The notes under the pieces: model-generated
Seen by the model: the letters and a program-made list of their open reading frames with translations, nothing else
What the model was told of the DNA's origin: nothing
The model's database searches: none
Made by a program: the position numbers and the translations under genes
Part shown: positions 5,740 to 15,199 of the stretch, in pieces
Layout: each line of letters begins with the position of its first letter
Position numbering within the stretch: position 1 is the first letter of the stretch
NCBI GenBank assembly: GCA_045617125.1
Contig: JAZLIA010000056.1
Location: 4,612-36,611, forward strand
DNA from: Clostridia bacterium
GTDB lineage: Bacteria; Bacillota; Clostridia; Christensenellales; Aristaeellaceae
Reading direction: 5' to 3'
DNA: 32,000 nt

Positions 5740-8116
5740 ATTCGATCCACCTCAGCTTCAGTTTTTCCGGGTCCACCGCCCGGTCCGCCGTGATCACACG
5801 CGCTTCTCCGGGATAAAGGCTGAACCAGTTATCCGAAAAGCGGGTCTCTCCCGCATCCAGCTCCACACCCAGGCAGAAGGCATCGGAAGAAACCGTGACC
5901 GTGTTTCCTTCGCAGCAGGCATTCACATGGGGCACAGTGAAACGGAAATGCTTGGGAAGCGCATTCAGCGCCTCATTTTCACTCACGGTTTTGCCCGCTC
6001 CGTCCGTAAGCACACAGCGTACCACAGGCAATTCTTCCCCAGCCCCTGGCATCACGGAAGCGGCCACAGAGGAGGAAAGCGCACAGCAGCTCACCTTCTG
6101 CCGGGTTTCCCTCAGGATGCTTCCCCGCTCATCACACACCCGCAGGATCAGCTCGCCCGAAAAAGGCTCGCGGGTCTCGTTGGCGATCACGGCTTTCCAG
6201 CCCTTTCCATCCGGCTGCAGGCTGATCATCACAGGGGCGAAAAACCTGGCGGCCTTATATTGCAGCGCCTTCAATCGCCCCAGGCTATCCACACTGGACC
6301 AGCTTGCCACCGGCCAGCAGTCATTCAGCTGCCAGTAGATCGCCCCCATGCAGCGGCCGCGATTCCGCCGCCAGTGCTCCACACCGGCCCGCATGGCCTC
6401 CGCCTGCAGATACTGGGTGGCATGCACTAGCTTTTCCATTGAGAAAGGATAGCGGAGCGTCTGCGACAGATAAAACAGCATCGTCGCATTTCCGCTCAGG
6501 CATTTCTGATGGGATTCCATCACTTTGGAAAAGGGGTTCATTTCCTTTTCATCATGGATAAAGGTGTTCAGCGTGTCCATACAGGGGAAGGATTCAAAGC
6601 CGAATTCCGAGCAGAAACGGGGATAACGCTCCGAATAGTCCGAGAAAGGACGGCGGCCGTGCCACACGGACCAGTCATGCACATCGCCCCGCGCAAGGTC
6701 ATTCGGGTCATCAAAGCCGCCGCCGGAAGAAGGAGAAGACGGCCAATAGAAGGAATCCGGCGCTTCCTTTACACACACTTCCTTCAATACCTTTTCAAAC
6801 TGCAGAGTATACTGATTTTTCAGTTCCTCCGATTCCGATGCCACGCTATCCCAATCCAGCCAGCCTTCCTCCATCTCATTATTGCCGCAGATAAGGCCCA
6901 GGCAGGCATGGTGACGAACACGGCGCAGGTTATCCTCCGTTTCCCGAACGATGTTTTCCCGGAAGGCATCGGTCATCTTGTATACATTGCAGGCATACAT
7001 CAGATCCATCCACACGACCAGACCCATTTCATCGCACAGGTCAAGGAAATCCTCTCCGGGATAAATGCCGCCGCCCCACACACGAATGCTGTTGAAATGG
7101 GAATCCCTGCAGATCTGAAGCAGCTTCCGCGTCTTTTCACGGTTAAGCCGGGTAAGCAAATTATCCTCCGGGATATAATCGGCCCCCATTGCGAAGAAAC
7201 GAACGCCATTGACGCAGAACGCAAACTCGCTGCCCCATTCATCCCTGTCCGTTTTCACCGTCATGGTTCTCAGGCCAATGCGCATCGTTTTTTCATCCCG
7301 GATCTCATTTTCGTCCAGCGCCTGCACCGTGAGGGTATAGAGCGGCTGATCCCCCAGGCCGTTCGGCCACCAGAGCCTCGGCTCCATCACCCGGATGCAG
7401 GCCGTTTCACCCGCGGGAACGGTGATTCCGGTCAGTTCTTTTCCATCCGGATCGGAAAGGGCAGTCCGAAGCAGCTTTGCCCCGGTATCCGCCTGAACAG
7501 AAAGCTCAACGATCCCGTCATGATGCTCCTGATGAACGCAAACCTGCTCAACACGCACATCATAAGCCTCCATATACACCTCCCGCCAGATCCCCGCATC
7601 CGGAAGGCGGGGGCCCCAGTCCCAGCCAAACATGTAATGAGCCTTTCTCAAAGCGCCGGTCCACTTCAGGTCGCTCCCGCCCTCATAGGTCACATCCGGG
7701 TTTTCCTCCGCTGCCTTTTTTACGAAGGGAACTGCGGGATAAAACGTGATCTTCAGATGATTGGCTCCCACCCTGGCTTGATCCCGGATGGAAAATCTCC
7801 AGGTCCTGTGCATATTCTCGGTGTGGGCAAGAAACACGCCGTTCAACTCAATATCCGTGATCGTGTCAATGCCCTCAAAAACCAGATCAAGATGGGACAA
7901 AAGAAGATCCTCTTTAGTCAGCAGGATCTCCCGTTCAAACGTATACACCTTATCGAGCATCGCACACACGCTTTGCTCGTTCATTTCATCAAAGGGGTCC
8001 GGGATCTCTCCCTGACAAAGCAATGTCGAAAGCACCGTTCCGGGCACCTGAGCAGGCCAGGAGCGTCCTTCCTCATTCGTCATGAGCCAGGATCCGCCAA
8101 GATCCGTCTTTTTCAT
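5738..8116 (-). CDS. Glycoside hydrolase family 2, beta-mannosidase-like
   Basis: 792 aa. N-terminus GSWLMTNEEGRSWPAQVPGTVLSTLLCQGEIPDPF, acid/base region CGNNEMEEGW and nucleophile region FCSEFGFESFP are typical of GH2 beta-mannosidases. No signal peptide. RBS GGGAGG upstream. Confidence 0.8.
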   Translation of the reverse strand: MKKTDLGGSWLMTNEEGRSWPAQVPGTVLSTLLCQGEIPDPFDEMNEQSVCAMLDKVYTFEREILLTKEDLLLSHLDLVFEGIDTITDIELNGVFLAHTENMHRTWRFSIRDQARVGANHLKITFYPAVPFVKKAAEENPDVTYEGGSDLKWTGALRKAHYMFGWDWGPRLPDAGIWREVYMEAYDVRVEQVCVHQEHHDGIVELSVQADTGAKLLRTALSDPDGKELTGITVPAGETACIRVMEPRLWWPNGLGDQPLYTLTVQALDENEIRDEKTMRIGLRTMTVKTDRDEWGSEFAFCVNGVRFFAMGADYIPEDNLLTRLNREKTRKLLQICRDSHFNSIRVWGGGIYPGEDFLDLCDEMGLVVWMDLMYACNVYKMTDAFRENIVRETEDNLRRVRHHACLGLICGNNEMEEGWLDWDSVASESEELKNQYTLQFEKVLKEVCVKEAPDSFYWPSSPSSGGGFDDPNDLARGDVHDWSVWHGRRPFSDYSERYPRFCSEFGFESFPCMDTLNTFIHDEKEMNPFSKVMESHQKCLSGNATMLFYLSQTLRYPFSMEKLVHATQYLQAEAMRAGVEHWRRNRGRCMGAIYWQLNDCWPVASWSSVDSLGRLKALQYKAARFFAPVMISLQPDGKGWKAVIANETREPFSGELILRVCDERGSILRETRQKVSCCALSSSVAASVMPGAGEELPVVRCVLTDGAGKTVSENEALNALPKHFRFTVPHVNACCEGNTVTVSSDAFCLGVELDAGETRFSDNWFSLYPGEARVITADRAVDPEKLKLRWIE

Positions 8117-8327
8117 ATAAGCTGCCTCCCGTTTTTTATTTCAGGGTCAACATGATCCATGCACCGTTTGCAAAGGTATATCCTTATTATAATTATTACA
8201 TTTTTATCACCAAAAGGAATTAGTCTATCAAATCCTGAATAAAAGGAGATGATAAAGATAACAGCCCTATCTTCTTTGCTCCGGAAAAGATAAGTGCAGG
8301 GAATCTCGGCGGGCGGCAGCACGCTTT

Positions 8328-9599
8328 CTACGCATTCAGCCAGTTTTTCCTGTGATAATCTTCCGCCTCAAAGCCTTCTTTATCGATCACGGTATACGGA
8401 AAGGATAAGTCTTTCAAAGCATCCAGAAAAAAGGAAAAAGCCTCATCCGTTTTCAATATATTGCTAAGACTCAATATGCATTTGTCCTTTATACAATAGC
8501 TGACCAGGTAAAGCCCGGTTGCTCCTCTTGCACCGCAGTAAGTATCAAAATTCTCTATATACGGAGCAATATCTCCTAAGTTCAGCACTCTCTGATAGGT
8601 CAGCGTCGGCGTAGAATTGCGTCCGACGGCATAAGCGGTTTTGATATCTTCGATGGTATCGGCTTGCCGCACAATGCACTCAAAATCGGTTTTTTTCTTT
8701 TCCATCACCTGAAGCAGGTATTCTTCCGATATCTGCAGCTTCAGCATTTCTTTCAAACAGCTTAACTGCCGGGCCAACGGCATATTCTGAAATGTCATGG
8801 GATAAACGAATCTGGCATCGGTACAGCAATTCTGCAAGGTGTCCTTACAGCCGAGTATGATGCGCATATCGACGGGGCAATTGACTATAAAAGGCCTGTC
8901 TTCGGAGGGATACAATTTCCGTATCGTTCGGATCAGGATCATCGCCAGCACAGAGGAAACGCTGCTTTGGGCTTCTGTGCTGAGCGACAGGATCTCTCTT
9001 GCGGGAATATAAACACGCAGCCTGCGGGATCGCACTCCAATCTTTTCTTTCTCAAAGAAAAAGCCGTCAGAGAGGGGCATGGAATGCTTCTCATCCACAG
9101 AAACGGCATATCGATAAGGATTTACATATTCATTCGCACCCGGTTTGCTGCCAGGGCACAGTTCTCCCGGAACATGCAATTCTTTTCCCGTTGCTCTGCG
9201 AAGGTATTCCGCTGCCAGTGACAGTGTAAAACGAACGGCTCCTACCGCATCCGTCAGTGCATGATGGATAGAAACATATACCGTATCGCCGCCGTACGCT
9301 ATCAGTAAAAGGAAACCGCAGTTCCTTTCATCGTTGAAAAGTACGTAGCCTTCATTTTGAAGAACGGGAAAAGTATCTTTCGTCTGCCTCAAAGCATAGA
9401 TGCCGTTTCTGATCTCCCTCTTTCTGATAAAATACGGGCAGCGTTCCGCCATCGCATCTGCAGCGGCGCGAAGATGTGCGGAGCTGATCATTTCTTTTGT
9501 GGAAAAGCATTGGAAAATATGCACCGTTTCGTCTTCATAATACAGGAATCTGTCACCCGGAGACGGGACAGGATCATTGATCAAATGAGATTTATTCAT
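8328..9599 (-). CDS. Stand-alone condensation-domain-like / HHxxxD acyltransferase superfamily protein (function unknown)
   Basis: 423 aa, the size of one NRPS C-domain or PapA5/WS-DGAT-type enzyme. Contains IHHALTDAVG (residues 111-120, coordinates 9269-9240), resembling the HHxxxDG catalytic motif. GGAGAA RBS. The gene and its flanks are visibly more AT-rich than the neighbours. Confidence 0.5.
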   Translation of the reverse strand: MNKSHLINDPVPSPGDRFLYYEDETVHIFQCFSTKEMISSAHLRAAADAMAERCPYFIRKREIRNGIYALRQTKDTFPVLQNEGYVLFNDERNCGFLLLIAYGGDTVYVSIHHALTDAVGAVRFTLSLAAEYLRRATGKELHVPGELCPGSKPGANEYVNPYRYAVSVDEKHSMPLSDGFFFEKEKIGVRSRRLRVYIPAREILSLSTEAQSSVSSVLAMILIRTIRKLYPSEDRPFIVNCPVDMRIILGCKDTLQNCCTDARFVYPMTFQNMPLARQLSCLKEMLKLQISEEYLLQVMEKKKTDFECIVRQADTIEDIKTAYAVGRNSTPTLTYQRVLNLGDIAPYIENFDTYCGARGATGLYLVSYCIKDKCILSLSNILKTDEAFSFFLDALKDLSFPYTVIDKEGFEAEDYHRKNWLNA

Positions 9600-9777
9600 G
9601 GTATCGGTTATTCTCCAGTCACATCAAAATAGGGTATCTTATTGTGAAAGTTCCGAGTGAAACAACCAGATCAGACAAACTTGACTTTCATTTATTGTGG
9701 CGATCCATTTTCGGAGCATGGGGATTTAGCATTAAATAAGATGACCCTTTATTTATCAGATATTCCATGATCCCGCG

Positions 9778-10980
9778 TCAATGCATTTTCTCCCTCTGCA
9801 GGCGGAAGGTGACTGACTGGGTCAGATATTTCAGGTATTCCTCATCCCGGCACATCGCCTTTTCCGGGCTGTCCGACAGCTTGGCCACCGGCCGGCCGTT
9901 CACATACATCAGCTTGATCACGATATTGAGCGGCGGTTCACAGGTATCATTGGAGCAGAAGGTGCCGATCCCGAAGGAGACCTTCGCTCGATCCCGAAAA
10001 TAATCAAAAAGCGCCTGAGCCCGGTCAAAATCCAGGCTGTCACTGAAAAGCAGCTGTTTGCTGCGGGGGTCCACCCCGTATTTTTCATAGTGGGCGATCA
10101 TTTTTTCACCCCAAGCGTAGGGGTCTCCGCTGTCATGGCGCACACCGGTGTAGTTGTTCACCATGGAACGGTTGAAATCCAGCAAAAACAGATCTGTCGT
10201 CACCGTATCGGTAAGGGCGGTGCCGTTATCGCCGTCATACTCGGCATACCAATCCCGCATCGCATAATGGTTGGTGTAAGCCAGAGGAATGGAATCGACC
10301 CCCTGATACATCTGCACAAACTCATGGGCATAGGTGCCAATGGGCTTCATGTCATATTTCATCGCAAAGTACACATTGGACGTGCCCACACAATTGGGCA
10401 GGTCCTTTTTCATACGCGCCAGCATCTCCCCCTCCCAGGCCCTTGAAAGACGGCGGCGGCAGCCAAACTCTGCAAAATTGAACGTGTATTTTCCCATGCG
10501 GAACGAGCTGATCTTTTCATCCAGCCGTTCCCGGGCGCTGCGAAGCAGGGTTTCATAATCATACTGCATGCGGAAATACACTTCATTCACGATCTCCAGC
10601 AGATAGATCTCAAACTGCATCGCGGAAAACAGCGGCCCGTTCACCGTAATGCCCAGTTCGCCTTCCCCGGAAAGGGAAACAGTCACATATTCCCGTATGG
10701 GATGCCACAGGCGCAGAAATTCCACATAGTCGGGCTTGATAAAGCGGATGGAACGAAGATAATCCAGTTCCTCCTTCCGGAAGGAAAGGGAACAGAGATG
10801 ATCGATCTGCGCACAGATCTCTTCCTGCATTTCCCGGGTGAAACGCACATCCCGGCTGCGGCATTTGAAAAAATACTCTCCGCACAGGTCGGTATGCCGG
10901 TGGAAGATGACCTGATTCATATTGAACTTATACAGATCCGTATCCAGCAATGAAACAACGATCGGTTCCAGCTTCATCAT
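9778..10980 (-). CDS. pncB: Nicotinate phosphoribosyltransferase
   Basis: MMKLEPIVVSLLDTDLYKFNMNQV..., GTYAHEFV, FGIGT. Start moved to ATG 10980 (GAAAGGAAG RBS). The track start at 11109 would overlap the upstream gene by 113 nt. Confidence 0.85.
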   Translation of the reverse strand: MMKLEPIVVSLLDTDLYKFNMNQVIFHRHTDLCGEYFFKCRSRDVRFTREMQEEICAQIDHLCSLSFRKEELDYLRSIRFIKPDYVEFLRLWHPIREYVTVSLSGEGELGITVNGPLFSAMQFEIYLLEIVNEVYFRMQYDYETLLRSARERLDEKISSFRMGKYTFNFAEFGCRRRLSRAWEGEMLARMKKDLPNCVGTSNVYFAMKYDMKPIGTYAHEFVQMYQGVDSIPLAYTNHYAMRDWYAEYDGDNGTALTDTVTTDLFLLDFNRSMVNNYTGVRHDSGDPYAWGEKMIAHYEKYGVDPRSKQLLFSDSLDFDRAQALFDYFRDRAKVSFGIGTFCSNDTCEPPLNIVIKLMYVNGRPVAKLSDSPEKAMCRDEEYLKYLTQSVTFRLQREKMH

Positions 10981-10996
10981 ATTCAGCCGCTTCCTT

Positions 10997-11554
10997 TCAA
11001 ATGCTGTCGGTGTAGGTATTCCCCTGGGCTGCCAGCACCGTGCTGCGCAAAACATCATATCGATCCCACAAGGCTTGCGGCGTATAGCGCTGCCAGCCTT
11101 CCCGATCATTCCTCACAAGCGCTTCCCGCATCGCTGTAGCCGACACTGGGATCGCCTTGGGGATCCTGAGCTCCGCGATCCTGATGCCATCCTGGCTGGT
11201 AAACCAGCCTTCCCGGCGCTGTTCCTTGCCGGAAAGCACCAGATCCGGCAGGTCGCCGGTGTGCTCCCGGCATTTATTCAGCACATACTGCCCCCACAGG
11301 GCATTGTTGCCCAGGCCCGCATCCGGGATGGGAAACAAAAGCATCTCCTTCTCCGGAAACACAGCTTTTAGCATCTCCAGCCGCTGTTCATAGGAAAAAG
11401 GATTTTTTTCGGTACCGCACTCCTGAGAAGACCCCACCAGCACACACACCCGGTCGCACAGCCGAAGGCCCTGTCTGATCATATCGGTATGCCCAGTATG
11501 GAGCACCTGGAAACGTCCCACAACAAGGCCCAGGCGATAAGGTTTTTCTCTCAT
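10997..11554 (-). CDS. Nicotinamide/nicotinate-mononucleotide adenylyltransferase (NadM/NadR-type cytidylyltransferase fold)
   Basis: GRFQVLHTGH ((H/T)xGH motif) and VSATAMREAL (ISSTxxR-like motif). Lies between nadE and pncB. The start is ambiguous: ATG 11554, or TTG 11575 overlapping the nadE stop. Confidence 0.75.
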   Translation of the reverse strand: MREKPYRLGLVVGRFQVLHTGHTDMIRQGLRLCDRVCVLVGSSQECGTEKNPFSYEQRLEMLKAVFPEKEMLLFPIPDAGLGNNALWGQYVLNKCREHTGDLPDLVLSGKEQRREGWFTSQDGIRIAELRIPKAIPVSATAMREALVRNDREGWQRYTPQALWDRYDVLRSTVLAAQGNTYTDSI

Positions 11555-11571
11555 TCCGATTCTCTTTTCTA

Positions 11572-12297
11572 TCAAATATCCGGTTCAAAGCAGGGCATCA
11601 GCTGCAATTTGAACAGGTTCTGGCGATGCCTCCGGTCGATCAGAGCCTGATGCTCCCTGTTTTCGATCTCCCCGGTACGGATATACCGGTCCAGCTCCGC
11701 ATAGGTAAAGCCCAGATTTTCCTCATCGGTGCGTCCGCAAAGCCCATCGGTGGGCGCCTTGTCCACCAGCTCGGAGGGCAAATGCAGCGCCCGTCCCACC
11801 TGCTTTACTTCCTCCACCGTAAGACGGGAGCAGGGGCTGAAATCCCCCACGCTGTCCCCGTAGCGGGTGGAATAGCCCACCCAGTCCTCTGAAAGATTGC
11901 AGGTGTTGGCCACCCTGCCGTTATGGCTCTGGCTCACCGCGTACAGCGTAGCCATGCGGATGCGGGGAGAAAGGTTCTGTGTGGTTTGGGCAGTGCATTC
12001 AAAAGGCAGTTCCTTCATCACAGCTTGGACCGCGTTTTCAATGTTGATCTCATAAGAGCGAATCCCCAACGTGCTCACCAGCAGGCGCGCCATATCGATA
12101 TCCGGCTGCACGCCGCAGGGCATCAGAACGCCGATCACCCGTTCCTTCCCGAGGGCTTCCGCGCACAAGGCCGCGACCACCGAGCTGTCTTTTCCCCCGG
12201 AGATCCCCACCACCGCGTTGCAGCCGGGGCCGTTCTGCTCAAAAAAATCCCGGATCCACCGGACACATTCATTTTTGATTTTTTCCGTTTTAAACAT
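11572..12297 (-). CDS. nadE: NH3-dependent NAD+ synthetase
   Basis: 241 aa. PP-loop GISGGKDSSVVAALC. Size and context fit the short NadE form. Confidence 0.85.
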   Translation of the reverse strand: MFKTEKIKNECVRWIRDFFEQNGPGCNAVVGISGGKDSSVVAALCAEALGKERVIGVLMPCGVQPDIDMARLLVSTLGIRSYEINIENAVQAVMKELPFECTAQTTQNLSPRIRMATLYAVSQSHNGRVANTCNLSEDWVGYSTRYGDSVGDFSPCSRLTVEEVKQVGRALHLPSELVDKAPTDGLCGRTDEENLGFTYAELDRYIRTGEIENREHQALIDRRHRQNLFKLQLMPCFEPDI

Positions 12298-12346
12298 GCT
12301 TATCCTTTCCGATCAAGGTCTCAAACCTTTCTGTCCAGTTCTATCA

Positions 12347-12374
12347 TTGTCATACGAAACCTGCCGTATGTCAA
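12347..12374. promoter_or_regulatory. Imperfect inverted repeat overlapping the putative nadE promoter (candidate repressor operator)
   Basis: The minus strand reads TTGACATACG-gcaggttt-CGTATGACAA, matching 9 of 10 arm positions. TTGACA doubles as a perfect -35, and GACAAT sits 17 nt downstream as a weak -10. Confidence 0.4.
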
Positions 12375-12421
12375 TAGCAAAATCGAACGAAAAACTGCTC
12401 GCCCCGAACAGCATGAAACGG

Positions 12422-12450
12422 TTGTATTTGTTCATCCGCGGGTATACAAT
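12422..12450 (+). promoter_or_regulatory. Candidate sigma-A promoter for the MFS transporter gene (-35 TTGTAT, 17 nt spacer, -10 TACAAT)
   Basis: TTGTAT at 12422-12427 and TACAAT at 12445-12450, about 33 nt upstream of ATG 12483. Confidence 0.4.
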
Positions 12451-12482
12451 AGTCCCATCTTTTTCAGTAAGGACTGTATCTG

Positions 12483-13724
12483 ATGAACACCCGCTTCACT
12501 TCATTGCAGAAACGCCTGATCGCAGGCGCGGTGCTGGCCTATACGCTGCTGTATCTGGACCGGCTCAACCTTTCCGCCGCTTTGCCAAACCTGATCGCCG
12601 GTTTTCACATCGACGCTGCCCGTTCCGGCCTGATGCCGCTTTGCTTTTCCGTTTCCTATGCCTGCGGGCAGATGCTGAGCGGTCTTCTGGCGGATCGGGT
12701 GCGTCCCGTGCGCATGATCCTGACCGGCCTGTCAGGAAGCCTGATCGTGAACCTGATCATGGGACTGACCTGCGTTTTTTCCGTTCTGCCTGCGCTGTGT
12801 CTGGTAAACGGCGTTTTCCAGTCCATGCTGTGGACGCCCATCGTGAAAATGGTCTCCGTTGCCTTTCCAGAAAAAGAAAAACAGGAAAAAGCTCATTTTC
12901 TTCTTTCCTTCACCCTGGTGATCGGCCATTTTGCGGGATGGGGACTGTCGGGTCTTTCCGGCGCCTATCTGGGCTGGCGTTATTCCTTCATTCTTCCGGC
13001 GGGAATCAACCTGCTTCTGCTGCCTCTGGTGATGTTTCTGCTCCGGGATGCAAAACAGATAGGCAGCACAAAGGCAGAAAAACACGCAAGTCCCTCCCAA
13101 AGCGGAAAAGAAACAGGAAAGCTGCTCCTTTCCACCGGCTTTGTGTGGATCGTACTCGCATCCGTTTTTTACGGCTTCGTCAAGGACGGTATCGTCACCT
13201 GGACACCGGAACTGCTGAGCCGGTCGGGCAGCGGTGTTTCCGCCGTGATATCCTCTCTTTTGCTTCCGGCGCTTGAGCTTATAGGCATTTTATTGGGGTT
13301 TTTCCTTCGTTTCCGCATCAAGGGCGGGGTAAGAAGGATCATCTTCCTTATGATGCCCGCCGCGGCGATCTTCTGTGTTCCGCTCTTTTTTGTGACCAGT
13401 CTGCCTGTCAAGGCGGTGTTTCTCGGCTTTTCCTGCGCGGTCTGCTTCGGGGTGAACCCGCTGCTCACCTCCCTGGTGCCTATGGAATACGCCCTCTTTG
13501 GCTGCACGGGCTTTACAGCGGGGCTTTGTGACTGCGCGGTATACATCGGCTCCGCACTTGCAGGCGCGGTCGGCGGAACGGTGTCGGAGGTGCTCTGCGG
13601 GAACGGGCTGTATCTTTGCTGGATCCTGGCCGCCCTTCTGTCCGCTGTGATGTGCCTCGTTTCCTCCCGCCGCAGGTTTGATGCCGCCCTGCAGGACCGA
13701 TTCCAAAACCCATCTGCATTCTGA
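12483..13724 (+). CDS. MFS transporter (substrate unknown; divergent from the NAD salvage operon)
   Basis: 413 aa and highly hydrophobic, with about 12 predicted TM segments and a central loop. N-terminal MFS-like region LDRLNLSAALPNLIAGFHIDAARSGLM...GQMLSGLLADRV. Confidence 0.8.
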   Translation: MNTRFTSLQKRLIAGAVLAYTLLYLDRLNLSAALPNLIAGFHIDAARSGLMPLCFSVSYACGQMLSGLLADRVRPVRMILTGLSGSLIVNLIMGLTCVFSVLPALCLVNGVFQSMLWTPIVKMVSVAFPEKEKQEKAHFLLSFTLVIGHFAGWGLSGLSGAYLGWRYSFILPAGINLLLLPLVMFLLRDAKQIGSTKAEKHASPSQSGKETGKLLLSTGFVWIVLASVFYGFVKDGIVTWTPELLSRSGSGVSAVISSLLLPALELIGILLGFFLRFRIKGGVRRIIFLMMPAAAIFCVPLFFVTSLPVKAVFLGFSCAVCFGVNPLLTSLVPMEYALFGCTGFTAGLCDCAVYIGSALAGAVGGTVSEVLCGNGLYLCWILAALLSAVMCLVSSRRRFDAALQDRFQNPSAF

Positions 13725-13740
13725 ACCGCCGAAAATAAAA

Positions 13741-13783
13741 ACAGATCCTTCTCCGTTTTTTCGTGACAAGGATCTGTTTTTTT
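13741..13783. terminator. Bidirectional intrinsic terminator
   Basis: A perfect 10 bp stem, acagatcctt (13741-13750) / aaggatctgt (13768-13777), flanked by aaaataaaaa upstream and T7 downstream. It sits between the convergent MFS and DUF4340-like genes. Confidence 0.85.
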
Positions 13784-15199
13784 CTATTCAGCCAGTTCCC
13801 GAACCAGCCCAACGATCGCGTCCAGCTTGCTCTTTGCGATCACCATCAGGCTTTCCCCATCCCGCTCGATACGGTATCGGTAGGGATCTGAAGTGAGAAA
13901 CCGCACCCTGTATGGCTGATCCCTTCCGGAAAGCACGTAGGTGAAGCACAATCTCTCCTCCTCTTCCTCCGTGCTGCCGGCAGCCGTATCATCCGCGGTA
14001 AGCCCGCTCAGCTCCAGCCAGAACATACGAAACGCCGTGCTTTCAACGCGTTTTCCGTTTACAAAATATCCATCCTCCCGGTTTTCCAGCAGCCACTTAT
14101 CTTCTCCGGAACGGATTTCCAAGCTCTTCACCTTATCCAAAGCGATCAGAGCCGCAAAGCGATCTGCCAGGGAAGCCGGGTCCAGTCTGGATAGAAAGAG
14201 CAGAGCCGAGGCATCGACCGCATACATTTCACTTTCCCCGTTAAAGAAAACCCGGGGTGAGGTTTGTCCGTCGTTCATAACATCCAGGAGCATTTCGACC
14301 GAAGCGCCCGTACTGTCCTGAAGGGTAAGGCGATAACCGGAAACGGCGGTATCCGGATTTTCATTTTCCCTTCCAAGATACGCGGTCGCTTTGATCGAAC
14401 TGAAGGCGGTGATCAGCGCTGCTGTCTGCTCGGCATCGGTCTCATAAGCAAAGGGAAAAGTAAAACGATAGCCGCTTCCGTTGAGCACAGGGTTTTCCTG
14501 CTTCACGATCTCCATGATTTCCGTGAACTGCCCCTTTTCCGCTCTTTCCACCATCATGCGAGTGGGAGACATGGGTTCACGAAGCTCAGGAGTAACCACC
14601 GTGTGCAGGCTGTTTAAGCCAGTAAACACCGTGCGAACCACGCTTTCCGGAATAAGCTCCACCTGATCCCTGACGGATACACAGGCATAGCGGCCTCCGA
14701 CCGGAGAAGCATTCCCCACTGTCATCGTAACCTTCTGCCCGTCTGTATAGGTGAGGGTCAATTGATCCAATGCATCTGCAAAGCCGTAATCCGTATTCGC
14801 ATCCGCTCCGCTTTCCGTGACCGGAGTGCCGCTCACCGAGGTGCATTGGACCATCACCCTCCCAGCCAAGGTCTGATCCAGATATGCGTCCGGAATAAGG
14901 TCGCAGTGCCAGATCTCACGATCCCTTGAAAGCGTGTATTTTTCTCCGTCCGATACGAATTCCGCCTTCAGGATCTCTCCAGTGGGACGGGATAGCAGGG
15001 ACACCCTCTCCGCTTTGGACGCGGAGGCACGAGGCGCTGTTTCATGGGACGGGATCAAAAGCAGCACAGTCCCCACAAGGCAGAGAACGATCGCAGCTGT
15101 CGCTGAAATGCGTCCCCATGGCAATTTCCTGTGCTTGGTCTTGATCAGCTTTTCCGGGGGATCCAGAACGAAACGCCGCTCCTTCGGTTCCCTGTCCAT
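13784..15199 (-). CDS. DUF4340-like membrane-anchored protein (last gene of the ABC-2/GldG-like module)
   Basis: One N-terminal TM helix (ISATAAIVLCLVGTVLLLI) followed by a large extracytoplasmic domain, in the position usual for DUF4340 after GldG-like genes. I chose ATG 15199 (AAAGGAGG 7 nt upstream; TGATG overlap with the upstream stop) rather than the track start at 15280. Confidence 0.6.
   Translation of the reverse strand: MDREPKERRFVLDPPEKLIKTKHRKLPWGRISATAAIVLCLVGTVLLLIPSHETAPRASASKAERVSLLSRPTGEILKAEFVSDGEKYTLSRDREIWHCDLIPDAYLDQTLAGRVMVQCTSVSGTPVTESGADANTDYGFADALDQLTLTYTDGQKVTMTVGNASPVGGRYACVSVRDQVELIPESVVRTVFTGLNSLHTVVTPELREPMSPTRMMVERAEKGQFTEIMEIVKQENPVLNGSGYRFTFPFAYETDAEQTAALITAFSSIKATAYLGRENENPDTAVSGYRLTLQDSTGASVEMLLDVMNDGQTSPRVFFNGESEMYAVDASALLFLSRLDPASLADRFAALIALDKVKSLEIRSGEDKWLLENREDGYFVNGKRVESTAFRMFWLELSGLTADDTAAGSTEEEEERLCFTYVLSGRDQPYRVRFLTSDPYRYRIERDGESLMVIAKSKLDAIVGLVRELAE

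Noticed and set aside
6509-8155. 548-aa + strand ORF, together with 5717..6430, inside the beta-mannosidase region
   Set aside because: It is antisense to a 792-aa GH2 gene with clear catalytic motifs, and it has no motifs or RBS of its own.
8113-8322. 69-aa minus-strand ORF in the AT-rich spacer, ending in an ATGA overlap with the beta-mannosidase start
   Set aside because: It has a GTG start with no Shine-Dalgarno sequence and an Ile-rich low-complexity sequence expected by chance in AT-rich DNA. It also overlaps the mannosidase RBS. I cannot exclude a leader peptide, but nothing supports one.
9600-9777. Possible terminator or ncRNA in the 178 nt spacer downstream of pncB
   Set aside because: I found no convincing stem followed by a U-tract and no recognisable riboswitch or tRNA-like structure by eye. 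The spacer is probably just the promoter region of the condensation-like gene.
12071-13276. 401-aa + strand ORF spanning the nadE 5' end, the intergenic region and the MFS gene
   Set aside because: It is Arg/Pro/Ser-rich junk in an alternative frame that crosses a promoter region. The in-frame MFS ORF (12483..13724) is hydrophobic and transporter-like.
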